A DNA stretch of 20,000 nt from Candidatus Heimdallarchaeota archaeon (GTDB taxonomy: Archaea; Asgardarchaeota; Heimdallarchaeia; Heimdallarchaeales; DAOWED01): NCBI GenBank assembly GCA_030638685.1, contig DAOWED010000063.1, positions 1 through 20,000 of the forward strand, written 5' to 3'. A model generated the notes under the pieces. It did not search any database. It was not told the DNA's origin and worked only from the letters and a program-made list of their open reading frames with translations. Position 1 is the first letter of the stretch; each line of letters starts with the position of its first letter. Of this stretch, positions 7,211 through 16,552 are shown piece by piece. A program made the translations under genes and the position numbers.

Positions 7211-8362
7211 ATGACTTCAGATCTTCCGGATCAAGCAAATGATTCAGAAAGAACAGCTACTCAAAACATCAAGAACAAACAAATTTCTAACAGAAAAATT
7301 GATCATATTAAGTTGAGCTTAACACCCGATGCAATTAATCTGAAAAAGAATGGCTTTGAGTTCTTTGAGCTTGTTCCAAGAGCATTTCCTGAATTAGATT
7401 ATCAGGAAGTTGATCTATCCATTAATCTTTTTGGCAAAGAGTTAGCTGCACCAATAATAATTGCAGGAATGACAGGAGGGTTTGAAGGGGCAGAAGAGAT
7501 TAACAAAAACCTAGCAAAAATTTGTCAAGAATATAAGATTGGTTTTGGTGTGGGCAGTCAAAGGGCTGGAATAGCTGAACCAGAATTAAGATATAGCTTC
7601 AAAATTCGTGATGTTGCACCAGATGTGCTTTTGTTTGGAAATTTAGGACTGGTTCAGTTTTGCAAAGATTTTGAACCTAATAAAGCGCAAGAAGCAATTG
7701 AAATGATTGAAGCAGACGCCCTTGCAATCCATGTTAACCCAGCTCAAGAAATTTGTCAACCGGAAGGAGATACCAATTTTAAAGATGGAGCGAAGATGTT
7801 AGCTGAAATATGTAAATTTACTAGTAGTCCTATTATCATAAAAGAAGTGGGAGCAGGTATTTCTCAAGAAGATGCAGAACTTGCATTAAAAAGTGGAGTT
7901 GCTGGTTTTGATGTTGGTGGAGCAGGAGGAACTAGCTGGACGAGGATTGAAAAACTCAGAGAAACCAAGGATGCCTTTGATAAAGAGCTTATTTCAGAAC
8001 ACGAAAATTGGGTTCATAACTGGGGTATTCCTACAGCATTCTCAATTTTGGAAGTTAGGAAAATAATTCCTCAAGATATGCCAGTAATAGCTACTGGAGG
8101 GATTAGAACTCCAGAAGAAGCAGTCAAAGCTTTTATTCTTGGAGCCAATGCTGTCGGAATCGCTATGCCGGTGCTTAAGATTTATTTAGAGCATGGTGTT
8201 ATTGGAGTGAGAAAATATTTGGATTCGTTTATTACCAATCTTAAACAGTTAATTTTTCTACTAGGTATTAATAAAGTAACAAAACTTTTCACTATAAAGA
8301 AGCAATTAATCCCAAAAGAATTTGCACTTGACTGGATAAAAACTAGAGAAATAACCTATTAA
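7211..8362 (+). CDS. fni: Type 2 isopentenyl-diphosphate delta-isomerase
   Basis: RKIDHIKL, APIIIAGMTGG, HVNPAQEICQPEGDTNF and TGGIRTPEEAVKAFILGANAVGIA. Confidence 0.93.
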   Translation: MTSDLPDQANDSERTATQNIKNKQISNRKIDHIKLSLTPDAINLKKNGFEFFELVPRAFPELDYQEVDLSINLFGKELAAPIIIAGMTGGFEGAEEINKNLAKICQEYKIGFGVGSQRAGIAEPELRYSFKIRDVAPDVLLFGNLGLVQFCKDFEPNKAQEAIEMIEADALAIHVNPAQEICQPEGDTNFKDGAKMLAEICKFTSSPIIIKEVGAGISQEDAELALKSGVAGFDVGGAGGTSWTRIEKLRETKDAFDKELISEHENWVHNWGIPTAFSILEVRKIIPQDMPVIATGGIRTPEEAVKAFILGANAVGIAMPVLKIYLEHGVIGVRKYLDSFITNLKQLIFLLGINKVTKLFTIKKQLIPKEFALDWIKTREITY

Positions 8363-8391
8363 TGCAAGAAAGGACTATTTGAGGCAAAAGT

Positions 8392-9237
8392 ATGAAGATT
8401 ACCCAAAAAGGCTACATCAGAGTTCCAGATAAATTATCTGAAGAGTTGGATTTCTCAAGAGAGAGAGATTTTTTTGTTTACAAAAGAGGATGTAGTTTCT
8501 CTTACGTTCCATGGTTTAATCTTAATGCTGACTGCAATAAATTGAAAATATATTTGGATAAGTTAGAAAAATCAAGTCTTGAAGAAATAAGTGAAATTGC
8601 CGGTGAAATTATTTACAGACAGTTTTACCATGGGGATGACAATATTGTTGATCGAACAGAAACTCAATATGTAAAAGTGAAGGGAACAAAAGAAATTCTT
8701 TCGAAAGTAAATGACATGGTGCAATCAAAGATAGAATTATGGTGTGAGGGAGAGTATGGGGAATTCTTTAAAGAAATATCTAAAATTCTCAAAGTAAACC
8801 CTTCAATGGTGATTAATGATTTTTTAAAGAAGGTTGAAAGAGATAGTAATTTGGGAGGAAGTATGATCTCTGACCTGACTAGTGGCTCTGTTTTTGCACT
8901 AGCCATAGGAAAAACAATGCTGAATTTTCACGAAAAAGTTCATGACGAGTTTGTGTTCAATTTACTTCAATATAACTTTGAGTTCAAAAATAGTAATGCG
9001 TTCCAGAAAAGATGGGAAGAAATTGCAGCAAGATTGTCAACTGAAGACTCGCTTTTACTTAATTTGCAAATACTCTCCGAGCTAGGAACTATTACAGGTC
9101 ATTTTGTCTCTGAAGAAGTTAAGCTTGAAAAAATAGAACAATTGATTACCCAAATTAAAAGTAAAAAACCGTCAAAAACAAAGAAAAGAAGAAAAAAGAC
9201 TAATGATGAACTTCCAAGTCTTCCTTCTTTCCCGTAA
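8392..9237 (+). CDS. Hypothetical protein with a Lys-rich C-terminus
   Basis: 281-aa ORF with ATG start; no family recognised. Confidence 0.7.
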   Translation: MKITQKGYIRVPDKLSEELDFSRERDFFVYKRGCSFSYVPWFNLNADCNKLKIYLDKLEKSSLEEISEIAGEIIYRQFYHGDDNIVDRTETQYVKVKGTKEILSKVNDMVQSKIELWCEGEYGEFFKEISKILKVNPSMVINDFLKKVERDSNLGGSMISDLTSGSVFALAIGKTMLNFHEKVHDEFVFNLLQYNFEFKNSNAFQKRWEEIAARLSTEDSLLLNLQILSELGTITGHFVSEEVKLEKIEQLITQIKSKKPSKTKKRRKKTNDELPSLPSFP

Positions 9238-9239
9238 GC

Positions 9240-10790
9240 TCATAGAAATTCAATCGGTTTTGGAAGCTTATCGACATATTTTAGGAATGATTCTGGCCAT
9301 TTGGAAAGATCAGTTCCTTTTTGAGCAATAAAAGCAGTTAAGAAACGTTCGAAAGAACCACCTCCGCATCCAGACCAAAGTTGATCTCCAGATTGAGACT
9401 TGATATTGAATGCTTTAGGATATTTGGAGCCTATAACAGAGATATTCTGTATTTCTAACCAGTCACTATCTTTTCTGTTACCGCGATAAGGCATGTAAGC
9501 TTCAAAGTCAATTGTGCCTACTGTGGGAGCTTTAGTATCCTCTTTTTCTTCTTTGACATCACCTGAGTGGGCTTGCCACCAAGGAGTTACGTATGAACCT
9601 CTTACTTCAAGATCTAAGATGTCGTTAAAAATAAATTTCAGCTTATCACGAACTTGAGCTCCCAGTTCAATAACTTGTTCTGGGAAACCAACAAAAAGAG
9701 TCTCAATTCGGTGAAGTTCATCTACTCTCTCAAATCCATAAGCAGAGCCTGACTCATATCTGTAAGTGGGTCCGGACCAGTCAAAGATTTTTATAGGAAA
9801 AGTAGTATCAGATATTGTTTCACCTTTTAACCACCAATAAAAAGGTGGACATTGAGCAAAACTTAATCCGCCAAGAGGAGGGCGAACTTTACTAGCAATC
9901 AATTCTCGAGGAATTTCCTTTGTAATTTTAACATGATCAGCTACTTCTTCCCAGAACTTGGGGTCAGCTGTTTGAGGTGCAACTACAAAATAAGGTTCAA
10001 AACCACCTTGAAATATTCCTTCAGAATGACCTGATCGTTTCCAGACGTCCCAAGGAACAAGTTTTGGAATAATCATTTGGTCGAATCCTAATGGCTTGTA
10101 TAAGTGATCTACCATGATATTCTTGATTGCTTCAGTAAGGGTGGTAAGGGTTGGAGTAATAATCCATTGATTTCTATGAGCTGCTCTTTTGAGCCAGTTA
10201 GCTTTAACCATTTGCTCAGTTGGATCAGAGGAACAAACTTCTTGTTTTTGTGGAGAACTAAACAATATTCTGTGGTGTTCTGCTTTTGAACCATAACGTT
10301 GCTGGTGAATTTTATCGTTTACTAATCGTATTATTCTATCAATAGCTCCTTTTTCAAGTAAATCCTCGGGGATTGAAGGATCAATAATTATTGTTGCTTC
10401 TTTTTCGTTGAAAAGTATTTCTTGGGTAAAGGGAAGCTTGAAAGGAGTATTTGTCGGGAAATCAAGAGAGATAACTATTTTATATTCCAAAATCTTAAAT
10501 CCACGAAGACCAACCCGGAAACGTTCTCCTAAGGTGGTTTTAAAGTATTTACGAAGACGAAGAATGGCATGATGAGGAGCAACTCTAGTTTCTCCGGCAG
10601 TAAATTGGAATTCAAGTGAAGAGCCCGAAATATCCCAGCTTGAAATCTTTGTCGAAGTTTCTTGATCTACTTCACTTACTCCTTTGTGAAGGACAGAAGT
10701 AGTCTGGGCGATTATTTCGCTTAATTCATCCTTGCGATCTAACGGAAAGTCAGAACTTAACTGATAAATCATCTTCATTTGAAAATGCAT
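9240..10790 (-). CDS. serS: Serine--tRNA ligase, methanogen-type (type 2)
   Basis: LGGLSFAQCPPFYWW, SGPTYRYESGSAYGFERVDELHRIETLFVG and LWSGCGGGSFERFLTAFIAQKG, with Cys/Glu/Cys candidate zinc ligands as in the rare archaeal SerRS. Confidence 0.85.
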   Translation of the reverse strand: MHFQMKMIYQLSSDFPLDRKDELSEIIAQTTSVLHKGVSEVDQETSTKISSWDISGSSLEFQFTAGETRVAPHHAILRLRKYFKTTLGERFRVGLRGFKILEYKIVISLDFPTNTPFKLPFTQEILFNEKEATIIIDPSIPEDLLEKGAIDRIIRLVNDKIHQQRYGSKAEHHRILFSSPQKQEVCSSDPTEQMVKANWLKRAAHRNQWIITPTLTTLTEAIKNIMVDHLYKPLGFDQMIIPKLVPWDVWKRSGHSEGIFQGGFEPYFVVAPQTADPKFWEEVADHVKITKEIPRELIASKVRPPLGGLSFAQCPPFYWWLKGETISDTTFPIKIFDWSGPTYRYESGSAYGFERVDELHRIETLFVGFPEQVIELGAQVRDKLKFIFNDILDLEVRGSYVTPWWQAHSGDVKEEKEDTKAPTVGTIDFEAYMPYRGNRKDSDWLEIQNISVIGSKYPKAFNIKSQSGDQLWSGCGGGSFERFLTAFIAQKGTDLSKWPESFLKYVDKLPKPIEFL

Positions 10791-10845
10791 AATTGAAAGG
10801 TGAAAAAATAGTACTAAAAGATATGGATTAAAAAAAAGAAAGTGG

Positions 10846-10974
10846 AGCCGACACCGAGAATTGAACCCGGGTCAATGGAAGATTGTCTGAGAAAAACTTC
10901 TTTCTCGGTCCACAATCCACTATTTTTGGCTTCCAAGTATTCCTACTAGGAATTTACCATTAAACTATGTCGGC
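10846..10974 (-). tRNA. tRNA-His(GTG) with two 29-nt introns
   Basis: Exons are 10974-10954, 10924-10910 and 10880-10846; introns are 10953-10925 and 10909-10881. The spliced product is GCCGACA TA GTTT AATGGTA AAAT A GTGGA TTGTGGT TCCAT TGAC CCGGG TTCAATT CTCGG TGTCGGC T, a full cloverleaf. CCA is encoded at 10845-10843. Confidence 0.85.
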
Positions 10975-11152
10975 TTTTTTGGTTTATTTTTTGCAAGATT
11001 TAGACTGTTAGTTTTTCTCTTGCATTCTTTTCCTCTCTTAGTTGTTTTTATTAGTTATGTTTGATTCATTATTTTTTTTTCTTTTTAACTTAGGTCAGCT
11101 TTGCCTTTCTTTTAAAACAAAACTTGAATAATGATTATTTCATTTCTTTTAT

Positions 11153-12262
11153 GTGCAGCTTCAAATTGATAAAAGATTACAAAATAAACTGGATGAAGGT
11201 TTTGTTAAATTTACTCCCGTATCTTTTGATGATCTTTATACGCTCTACTGTGTAATTTCCCCGGGTTCTTTACTTTCCGGTGTAACTTCCCGTCGTGTTC
11301 AAAAAGATAAGGAAGAAGGAGATAGAGCTGATTCTGGTGAGAGAGTCCTTATTACTGTTACAGTTAATGTTGAAAAACTTGATTTTCATGGGTTCGATGA
11401 TTCGTTAAGAGTTTCCGGACCTATCACTGAAGGACCAGAGCACATTATTTCAATTGGAAGCTATCACACTATTGATGTTAAGCTTAATACTAATTATACC
11501 CTTTATCGTTCTAAATGGACAAGAAGTGACCTTGACAAACTTATTGAAGCCCATGAAAAAGCGATTAAAAGCACTATCCTTCTTGTAGCCATCCAAGATG
11601 ATAGAGCCACAGTTGCTGTTCTTACTCGTTCGGCAACCAAAATATTGATTGAATTAGAACCCAATATTCCTCGCAAATCCAGTTCTTTAAGCCAAAATAG
11701 AAAAGCCCAACTTGAGTTTTTTAACGAGTTAACCAGTTTTATTTCAGAAGCTCTCAATAAGTATAATTCTGAAACAATAGTAGTTGGAGGGCCTGGATTT
11801 ACTAAAGATCAGTTTAATGATTATTTAAAAGATAAACGTTCCTCCTTTCTACCCAATACTTCCTTCATTCCTGCTTCTTCAGGAGGAAGAACCGGTATAT
11901 CTGAAATTATCAAAAAAGGTATACCTGAACAAATAGCACAACAACAACAAGCCACTTTAGAAGCCAGATATGTTGAAGAATTTCTTTTACGAATATCTAA
12001 AGAGGAAGGGATGGTAAGTTATGGATGGGATGAGGTTGAATATGCAATTAATAGTGGTGCAGTTGAACGGTTATTAATTTCTGATGGTTACCTTCGTCAA
12101 TCTCCTGAAGGGCGTCAAAAAGTCGATGAACTTATAGAAAAGGCAAAAAATATGGGGGGTTCAGTATCAATTATAAGCTCTTTTCATGATGCCGGGGAGC
12201 AATTTGAGAAAATGGGAGGAGTGGGTGCTTTACTTCGCTTCAGTTTACCTGCCAGAATTTAA
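11153..12262 (+). CDS. pelA: mRNA surveillance protein pelota (aPelota)
   Basis: 369 aa; DDLYTLYCVISPGSLLSGVTSRRVQ near the N-terminus, VGGPGFTKDQF centrally and a C-terminal GAVERLLISDGYLR region. Confidence 0.9.
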   Translation: MQLQIDKRLQNKLDEGFVKFTPVSFDDLYTLYCVISPGSLLSGVTSRRVQKDKEEGDRADSGERVLITVTVNVEKLDFHGFDDSLRVSGPITEGPEHIISIGSYHTIDVKLNTNYTLYRSKWTRSDLDKLIEAHEKAIKSTILLVAIQDDRATVAVLTRSATKILIELEPNIPRKSSSLSQNRKAQLEFFNELTSFISEALNKYNSETIVVGGPGFTKDQFNDYLKDKRSSFLPNTSFIPASSGGRTGISEIIKKGIPEQIAQQQQATLEARYVEEFLLRISKEEGMVSYGWDEVEYAINSGAVERLLISDGYLRQSPEGRQKVDELIEKAKNMGGSVSIISSFHDAGEQFEKMGGVGALLRFSLPARI

Positions 12263-12276
12263 GAGGCGCTAATAAA

Positions 12277-13551
12277 TTATTTCAGCAGATCATCAAATAT
12301 CTCTTTAGCAACAATAGATTTGGTATTTGTGACCGTTCTTTTGAAATTTTCAGAACTAAGAATAATTACTCTATTTGTATCTGTTCCAAAACCTGCTCCT
12401 TCTTCAGAAAGGTCATTAGCTATTATCCATTCTCCTTCTGTTTCTTTTAATCGAGATAGAGCAGATTCAATTAGTTGATCTTCTGAAAGACCCCATTCTG
12501 CTTTGAAAAGTACCAAGGTTGCTTCTGGACAGATAGCTCTTACTTTTTTAGCTATTTTTTCAGTTTTCTTGAAATGCACAATTAATTCTCCTTCTGATGA
12601 GATTTTTCCATCGTGCAGTTTTTCTGGAGTAAAATCAGCCACTGCAGCTGTAAGTATTAGAAAATCACCTTTGCCAAGGCCTTGAGCTTGTTCAGTTGAC
12701 TTCTCAAGCATATCTTGAGCTGATACTACTTCAATAACTTCAATTTCAGAAGGTACTGCCTCTTTTGTAGGACCCAAAACTAGAGTTACTTTGCCACCCC
12801 TGAAATAAGCTTCTCTCGCAAGAGAAATACCCATCTTACCAGTAGATCCATTTGTTACAAATCTAACACTATCTATTTTTTCTCTGGTCGGTCCAGCTGT
12901 CACTAGAATTTTTTTACCTTTCAAAGATTGAGGTGTCAGAAGCTTAATAGCTGTATTGCAGACCATTTCCACGGTAGCAATCTTTGCTTTTCCTTCAGAC
13001 ATAGAAGGGTTTAGTACAGTTACTCCTCGAGATTCTAGAACTTTAATATTTTCTTGCGTTGCAGGATTGAAGTATAGTGATTCATGCATTGCTGGAACTA
13101 TGATCATCGGCATCTTTTGTCCAAGTATTGAAGCACCAACTAACGAGACGGGAGTATCAGAGATACCTGTGGAAAGCTTAGCTATTGTATTTGCAGTTGA
13201 TGGAAAAACGATCATAAGATCAGTTCCTCGAGTTCCTGTTCCTGCTAAATTAATATGTTCAATCTTTCCAGTTATTTCCGAAATGACAGGTTCTCCAGTA
13301 GCCCATTCCAGTAATGGTATTCCAATCATAGTTAAAGCCTCAGGAGAGACCAAAAACTGAACTGTTGCACCGTGACGCATTAAAAGACGAGCTAGCTCTG
13401 GAACTAAGAAAATTGCTGATGAACCAGTCACTCCAATCAATATTTTTTTGTTGCTAAGTCTATTATCAATTGATCCTACAATCACTTTTGCGGGATGGCT
13501 GAGAAATTGCTCACTTGACATCTTTATATGATTAGAGAGATAATTAATCAA
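12277..13551 (-). CDS. coaBC: Bifunctional phosphopantothenoylcysteine decarboxylase / phosphopantothenate--cysteine ligase
   Basis: KKILIGVTGSSA and PAMHESLYFNPATQENI (CoaC part); ILVTAGPTREKIDSVRFVTNGSTGKMG and TAAVADF (CoaB part). Confidence 0.93.
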   Translation of the reverse strand: MINYLSNHIKMSSEQFLSHPAKVIVGSIDNRLSNKKILIGVTGSSAIFLVPELARLLMRHGATVQFLVSPEALTMIGIPLLEWATGEPVISEITGKIEHINLAGTGTRGTDLMIVFPSTANTIAKLSTGISDTPVSLVGASILGQKMPMIIVPAMHESLYFNPATQENIKVLESRGVTVLNPSMSEGKAKIATVEMVCNTAIKLLTPQSLKGKKILVTAGPTREKIDSVRFVTNGSTGKMGISLAREAYFRGGKVTLVLGPTKEAVPSEIEVIEVVSAQDMLEKSTEQAQGLGKGDFLILTAAVADFTPEKLHDGKISSEGELIVHFKKTEKIAKKVRAICPEATLVLFKAEWGLSEDQLIESALSRLKETEGEWIIANDLSEEGAGFGTDTNRVIILSSENFKRTVTNTKSIVAKEIFDDLLK

Positions 13552-13653
13552 GATTTGGTTTTGATTAATTCTAAAGCCTAAAAAGTTAACTTAAAAAAGA
13601 GATGATGCTTTATTGAAATTGCGAAAACACAAAGTTACAAGAGTTGATCTACA

Positions 13654-14067
13654 ATGTCATTTTTCAAGTATATAGAAGCATCCCAAGGGCTAGCAAAATT
13701 AACCGCACTTCAAGTTCAACTCTTTAATTTAACTGAAGAAGAGACTAACAAGCTAAAGACTACTTTTAATGACCCTTCATCTTATGGACTCTTTGAAGGA
13801 GGATCAATTTATTCAGCAGATATCAAGTCTATCCCATCACAAAGAGTTTCGGAGATGATAGACTATCTGAAAAAAATTGAGATAGATAAAATAAAGTTTG
13901 TATTCTGTGATTTTATAGAAGAAGTGATCCCTAAAATACTCCAATTTCAAGTAAAAATAGACAAAGAAGGAGAAATTGAATTAACTTGGATTAATGACCA
14001 AGATAAGGCAAGCTCTTTTAGTGAAACAATTAGAAAAAGATGGACCATACTTCAAAAAATGAAATAG
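13654..14067 (+). CDS. Hypothetical protein
   Basis: 137-aa ORF with ATG start; no family recognised. Confidence 0.6.
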   Translation: MSFFKYIEASQGLAKLTALQVQLFNLTEEETNKLKTTFNDPSSYGLFEGGSIYSADIKSIPSQRVSEMIDYLKKIEIDKIKFVFCDFIEEVIPKILQFQVKIDKEGEIELTWINDQDKASSFSETIRKRWTILQKMK

Positions 14068-14175
14068 AGAAATACCTAAATGATTAAGAAGTGGGAAGAA
14101 AGGGAGAAAAAAAGAAATCACAACAAAAAAAACGATTAAATAGGTATAGAAAAAAGGAAGGATAATCGAAAAAAT

Positions 14176-14287
14176 GCTCGGATCGCCTAGCCCGGTATGG
14201 CGATGGATTGCTATAATCAATTGCCAAAAATGGATTGCTAAAATCCATTGAGTTCTGCTCTCGTGGGTTCAAGTCCCACTCCGAGCA
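14176..14287 (+). tRNA. tRNA-Ser(GCT) with a 29-nt intron at 37/38
   Basis: Acceptor GCTCGGA/TCCGAGC, D arm GCC...GGC, anticodon arm ATGGA-TTGCTA|intron|A-TCCAT, long variable arm TGAGTTCTGCTCTC, T arm GTGGG-TTCAAGT-CCCAC, encoded CCA at 14288-14290. Intron is 14214-14242. Confidence 0.88.
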
Positions 14288-14299
14288 CCATTTTTTTCT

Positions 14300-14758
14300 T
14301 CAATTCTCTTTTATCATCTTTTTTTTGTATATATATGCATGTCTTCCTGTTGAATAATAGTTTGGTATTGTTCCCCCTCTTTCGAACTTTTCTTTTTCGT
14401 ATAATGTTATTGCTGCTTCGTTTGTTGTTTCTACTTCCAATCTCCATTCTCTTGCTCCCTTTTCCATTGTTTTCTCTATCATATGATCAAGTAATTTTGT
14501 TCCTAGCCCCAATTTCCTATATTTTGGATCTATTGCAAATGTAACTATGTGGTAAGCTATTCTGCTTTCTTTAAAAGTAAAAATATAACCTATTATTTTT
14601 CCATCTTTGATTATACAGTATTTCCATGGACAAAAATGGTATGCTTTTGTCATTGCTTTTATTGAATATGGCATTTCAAATGATCGGTTTTCAACTTCCA
14701 TTATTTCCTCAAGATATTTTTCATCACTTATTTCAATTATCTTGAATTCTTCATTCAC
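14300..14758 (-). CDS. rimI: GNAT N-acetyltransferase, RimI-like
   Basis: VENRSFEMPYS, FAIDPKYRKLGLGTKLL and LEVETTNEAAITLYEKEKFERGG. Confidence 0.85.
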   Translation of the reverse strand: MNEEFKIIEISDEKYLEEIMEVENRSFEMPYSIKAMTKAYHFCPWKYCIIKDGKIIGYIFTFKESRIAYHIVTFAIDPKYRKLGLGTKLLDHMIEKTMEKGAREWRLEVETTNEAAITLYEKEKFERGGTIPNYYSTGRHAYIYKKKMIKEN

Positions 14759-15183
14759 TCCTCTTCATCCTCCATTTGAAAAAATGTTTCAATTGGTAAC
14801 CCATTTTCTTTTGCCATTTGAAGATCAATTTTGCAGTTCCCTGACCTTGTCCAATGCAGTTTTTTGGAAGTTATTGCAAAAAATCTAAATCCCGTTCTCT
14901 TTCCTATGAATTTTACTGCAAACCATATTTCTGCTCCAAAAGTATTTGCAAACTCTTTTAGCCCTTTAATTTGATCTTCTTGAATATAGATACTTTCTGA
15001 ACGAGAGGTTTTCAGTTCTATAGCTATTGTTCTTCCATATTTTACAGAGCCAGCTATTAGATCCGGTCGTGGATATTTTGTTCCTCCTCCTGATGAAGGC
15101 GATCTGATACACGCATAATCGTTTTCCCAGAACTGATTCACTAGATCTCTTTCTGCATTTGTTCCTCTGCTTTTTCTTAGCAT
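14755..15183 (-). CDS. hjc: Archaeal Holliday junction resolvase Hjc
   Basis: RGTNAERDLVNQFWENDYACIRSPSSGGG, PDLIAG and AIELKTSR nuclease motifs; 4-nt overlap with rimI. Confidence 0.88.
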   Translation of the reverse strand: MLRKSRGTNAERDLVNQFWENDYACIRSPSSGGGTKYPRPDLIAGSVKYGRTIAIELKTSRSESIYIQEDQIKGLKEFANTFGAEIWFAVKFIGKRTGFRFFAITSKKLHWTRSGNCKIDLQMAKENGLPIETFFQMEDEEE

Positions 15184-15328
15184 TATACTCTTATCTATTT
15201 TCTATTTAGTGCTCATAAACCTTTGTTATATTTCAATTTACATAGATATTTTTTAGTATCTTATTTTCAATCAATTTCTGCATCAACATGTTAAAAAAGT
15301 CTATTTCTCAACAAAATGTGAGCAAAAA

Positions 15329-16528
15329 ATGACAACCCCTCAAATTCATATTTTCAATAATCCTCTTGTTGACGTCAATAAACTACCAATCGAACTGGTT
15401 GAAAGGAAAGGAGCCGGTCATCCGGACACCATCGTTGATTCATTAGGTACAGTTATATCGAGCCTTTATTCAAAATACACTTTGCAAAACCTTGACGGTA
15501 TTGCCCATCATAATATCGATAAAACGGTTATCTCAGGTGGACATTCTAATCCTCGATTTGGTGGAGGTTCAATTATTCGACCTGTTCAAGTCGAATTTGT
15601 TGGTAGGGCTGTTAGAGAAGTGATTGAAGACAATCATGAAATTCTTACATCAATTCCAGTTCACCAGTTTGCTAAAAAAGCTAGTAAAATGGTTTTTGAA
15701 ACTCATATCCCCAGAATTGAGTATGAGTTTAGGACAGATCATATCAAACGAGGTTCTAATGACTTAGTTACCAATTTTGCTAAGGAACAAGAAATGCCAA
15801 GGGCTAATGATACTTCTTTTGCTACTGCTTGGGCTCCTTTATCCAACTTAGAACAACTTATTCTTGATATTGATAGCTTCATACAAGACAGTTATCGTCG
15901 TAAAAATCCTTTTGTTGGTTCTGATGTCAAAGTAATGGGAAGACGTTTTAATGGTGAAACTATTATCAATGTTGCAGCTGCTTTTATTGATCAACCTCTT
16001 GAAAATGCTAATGACTATATTAGAGAAAGAGATAGACTAAAATCAACTATTTCTGAAAGGTTCAATATACCTGCAACCCATTTATTTCTTAATACTGCCG
16101 ATAAAGATGATGAAGGTTCATTCTATTTGACAGTGACTGGTTCCTCTCTTGAACAAGGAGATGATGGTTCTACAGGTAGAGGTAATCGAATTATGGGTGT
16201 TATCGCACCTTTCCGTCCCCAATCATTAGAAGCTACTGCTGGTAAAAATCCTAATGCTCACGTTGGTAATATCTACAATATCTGGGCTGCTATAATTGCC
16301 CAAAATATTTATGAAGAGACATCTATTGCAAACAATGTAGCAATAGTTAGTACTATTGGTAAACCTATAACTGAATGTGATGTTTTCATTTCTACTTCTG
16401 AAGAAGCTGATCGTACAATCTGCCAAAGAATTGTCAATGAGGTTGCTCAAGACTATCTAAATATTACTCGCAAAATTATCGATTGCAGTTTTGATATGTA
16501 CCCTTTTAACCTCATTCCTGACTTCTGA
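15329..16528 (+). CDS. mat: Archaeal-type S-adenosylmethionine synthetase
   Basis: VERKGAGHPDTIVDSLG, HHNIDKTVISGGHSNPRFGGG and TGSSLEQGDDGSTGRGNRIMGVI. Confidence 0.93.
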   Translation: MTTPQIHIFNNPLVDVNKLPIELVERKGAGHPDTIVDSLGTVISSLYSKYTLQNLDGIAHHNIDKTVISGGHSNPRFGGGSIIRPVQVEFVGRAVREVIEDNHEILTSIPVHQFAKKASKMVFETHIPRIEYEFRTDHIKRGSNDLVTNFAKEQEMPRANDTSFATAWAPLSNLEQLILDIDSFIQDSYRRKNPFVGSDVKVMGRRFNGETIINVAAAFIDQPLENANDYIRERDRLKSTISERFNIPATHLFLNTADKDDEGSFYLTVTGSSLEQGDDGSTGRGNRIMGVIAPFRPQSLEATAGKNPNAHVGNIYNIWAAIIAQNIYEETSIANNVAIVSTIGKPITECDVFISTSEEADRTICQRIVNEVAQDYLNITRKIIDCSFDMYPFNLIPDF

Positions 16529-16552
16529 TCATGAAATGAGGATCTATTTTAA

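Noticed and set aside
10846-10974. Alternative anticodons such as TGG (Pro) from CTTGGAA, or GGA (Ser) from GTGGACC
   Set aside because: They leave the D arm or anticodon stem unpaired or fail U33/length rules; only the two-intron His(GTG) reading closes all stems and satisfies BHB geometry.
14084-14272. 62-aa minus-strand ORF (and the 79-aa one at 13981-14220)
   Set aside because: These are antisense to tRNA-Ser and the 13654-14067 CDS, with Phe-rich low-complexity translation.
14238-14447. 69-aa minus-strand ORF ending VLGVGLEPTRAELNGF
   Set aside because: The C-terminus is an antisense translation of tRNA-Ser (a well-known spurious-ORF pattern) and the rest is low complexity overlapping rimI.
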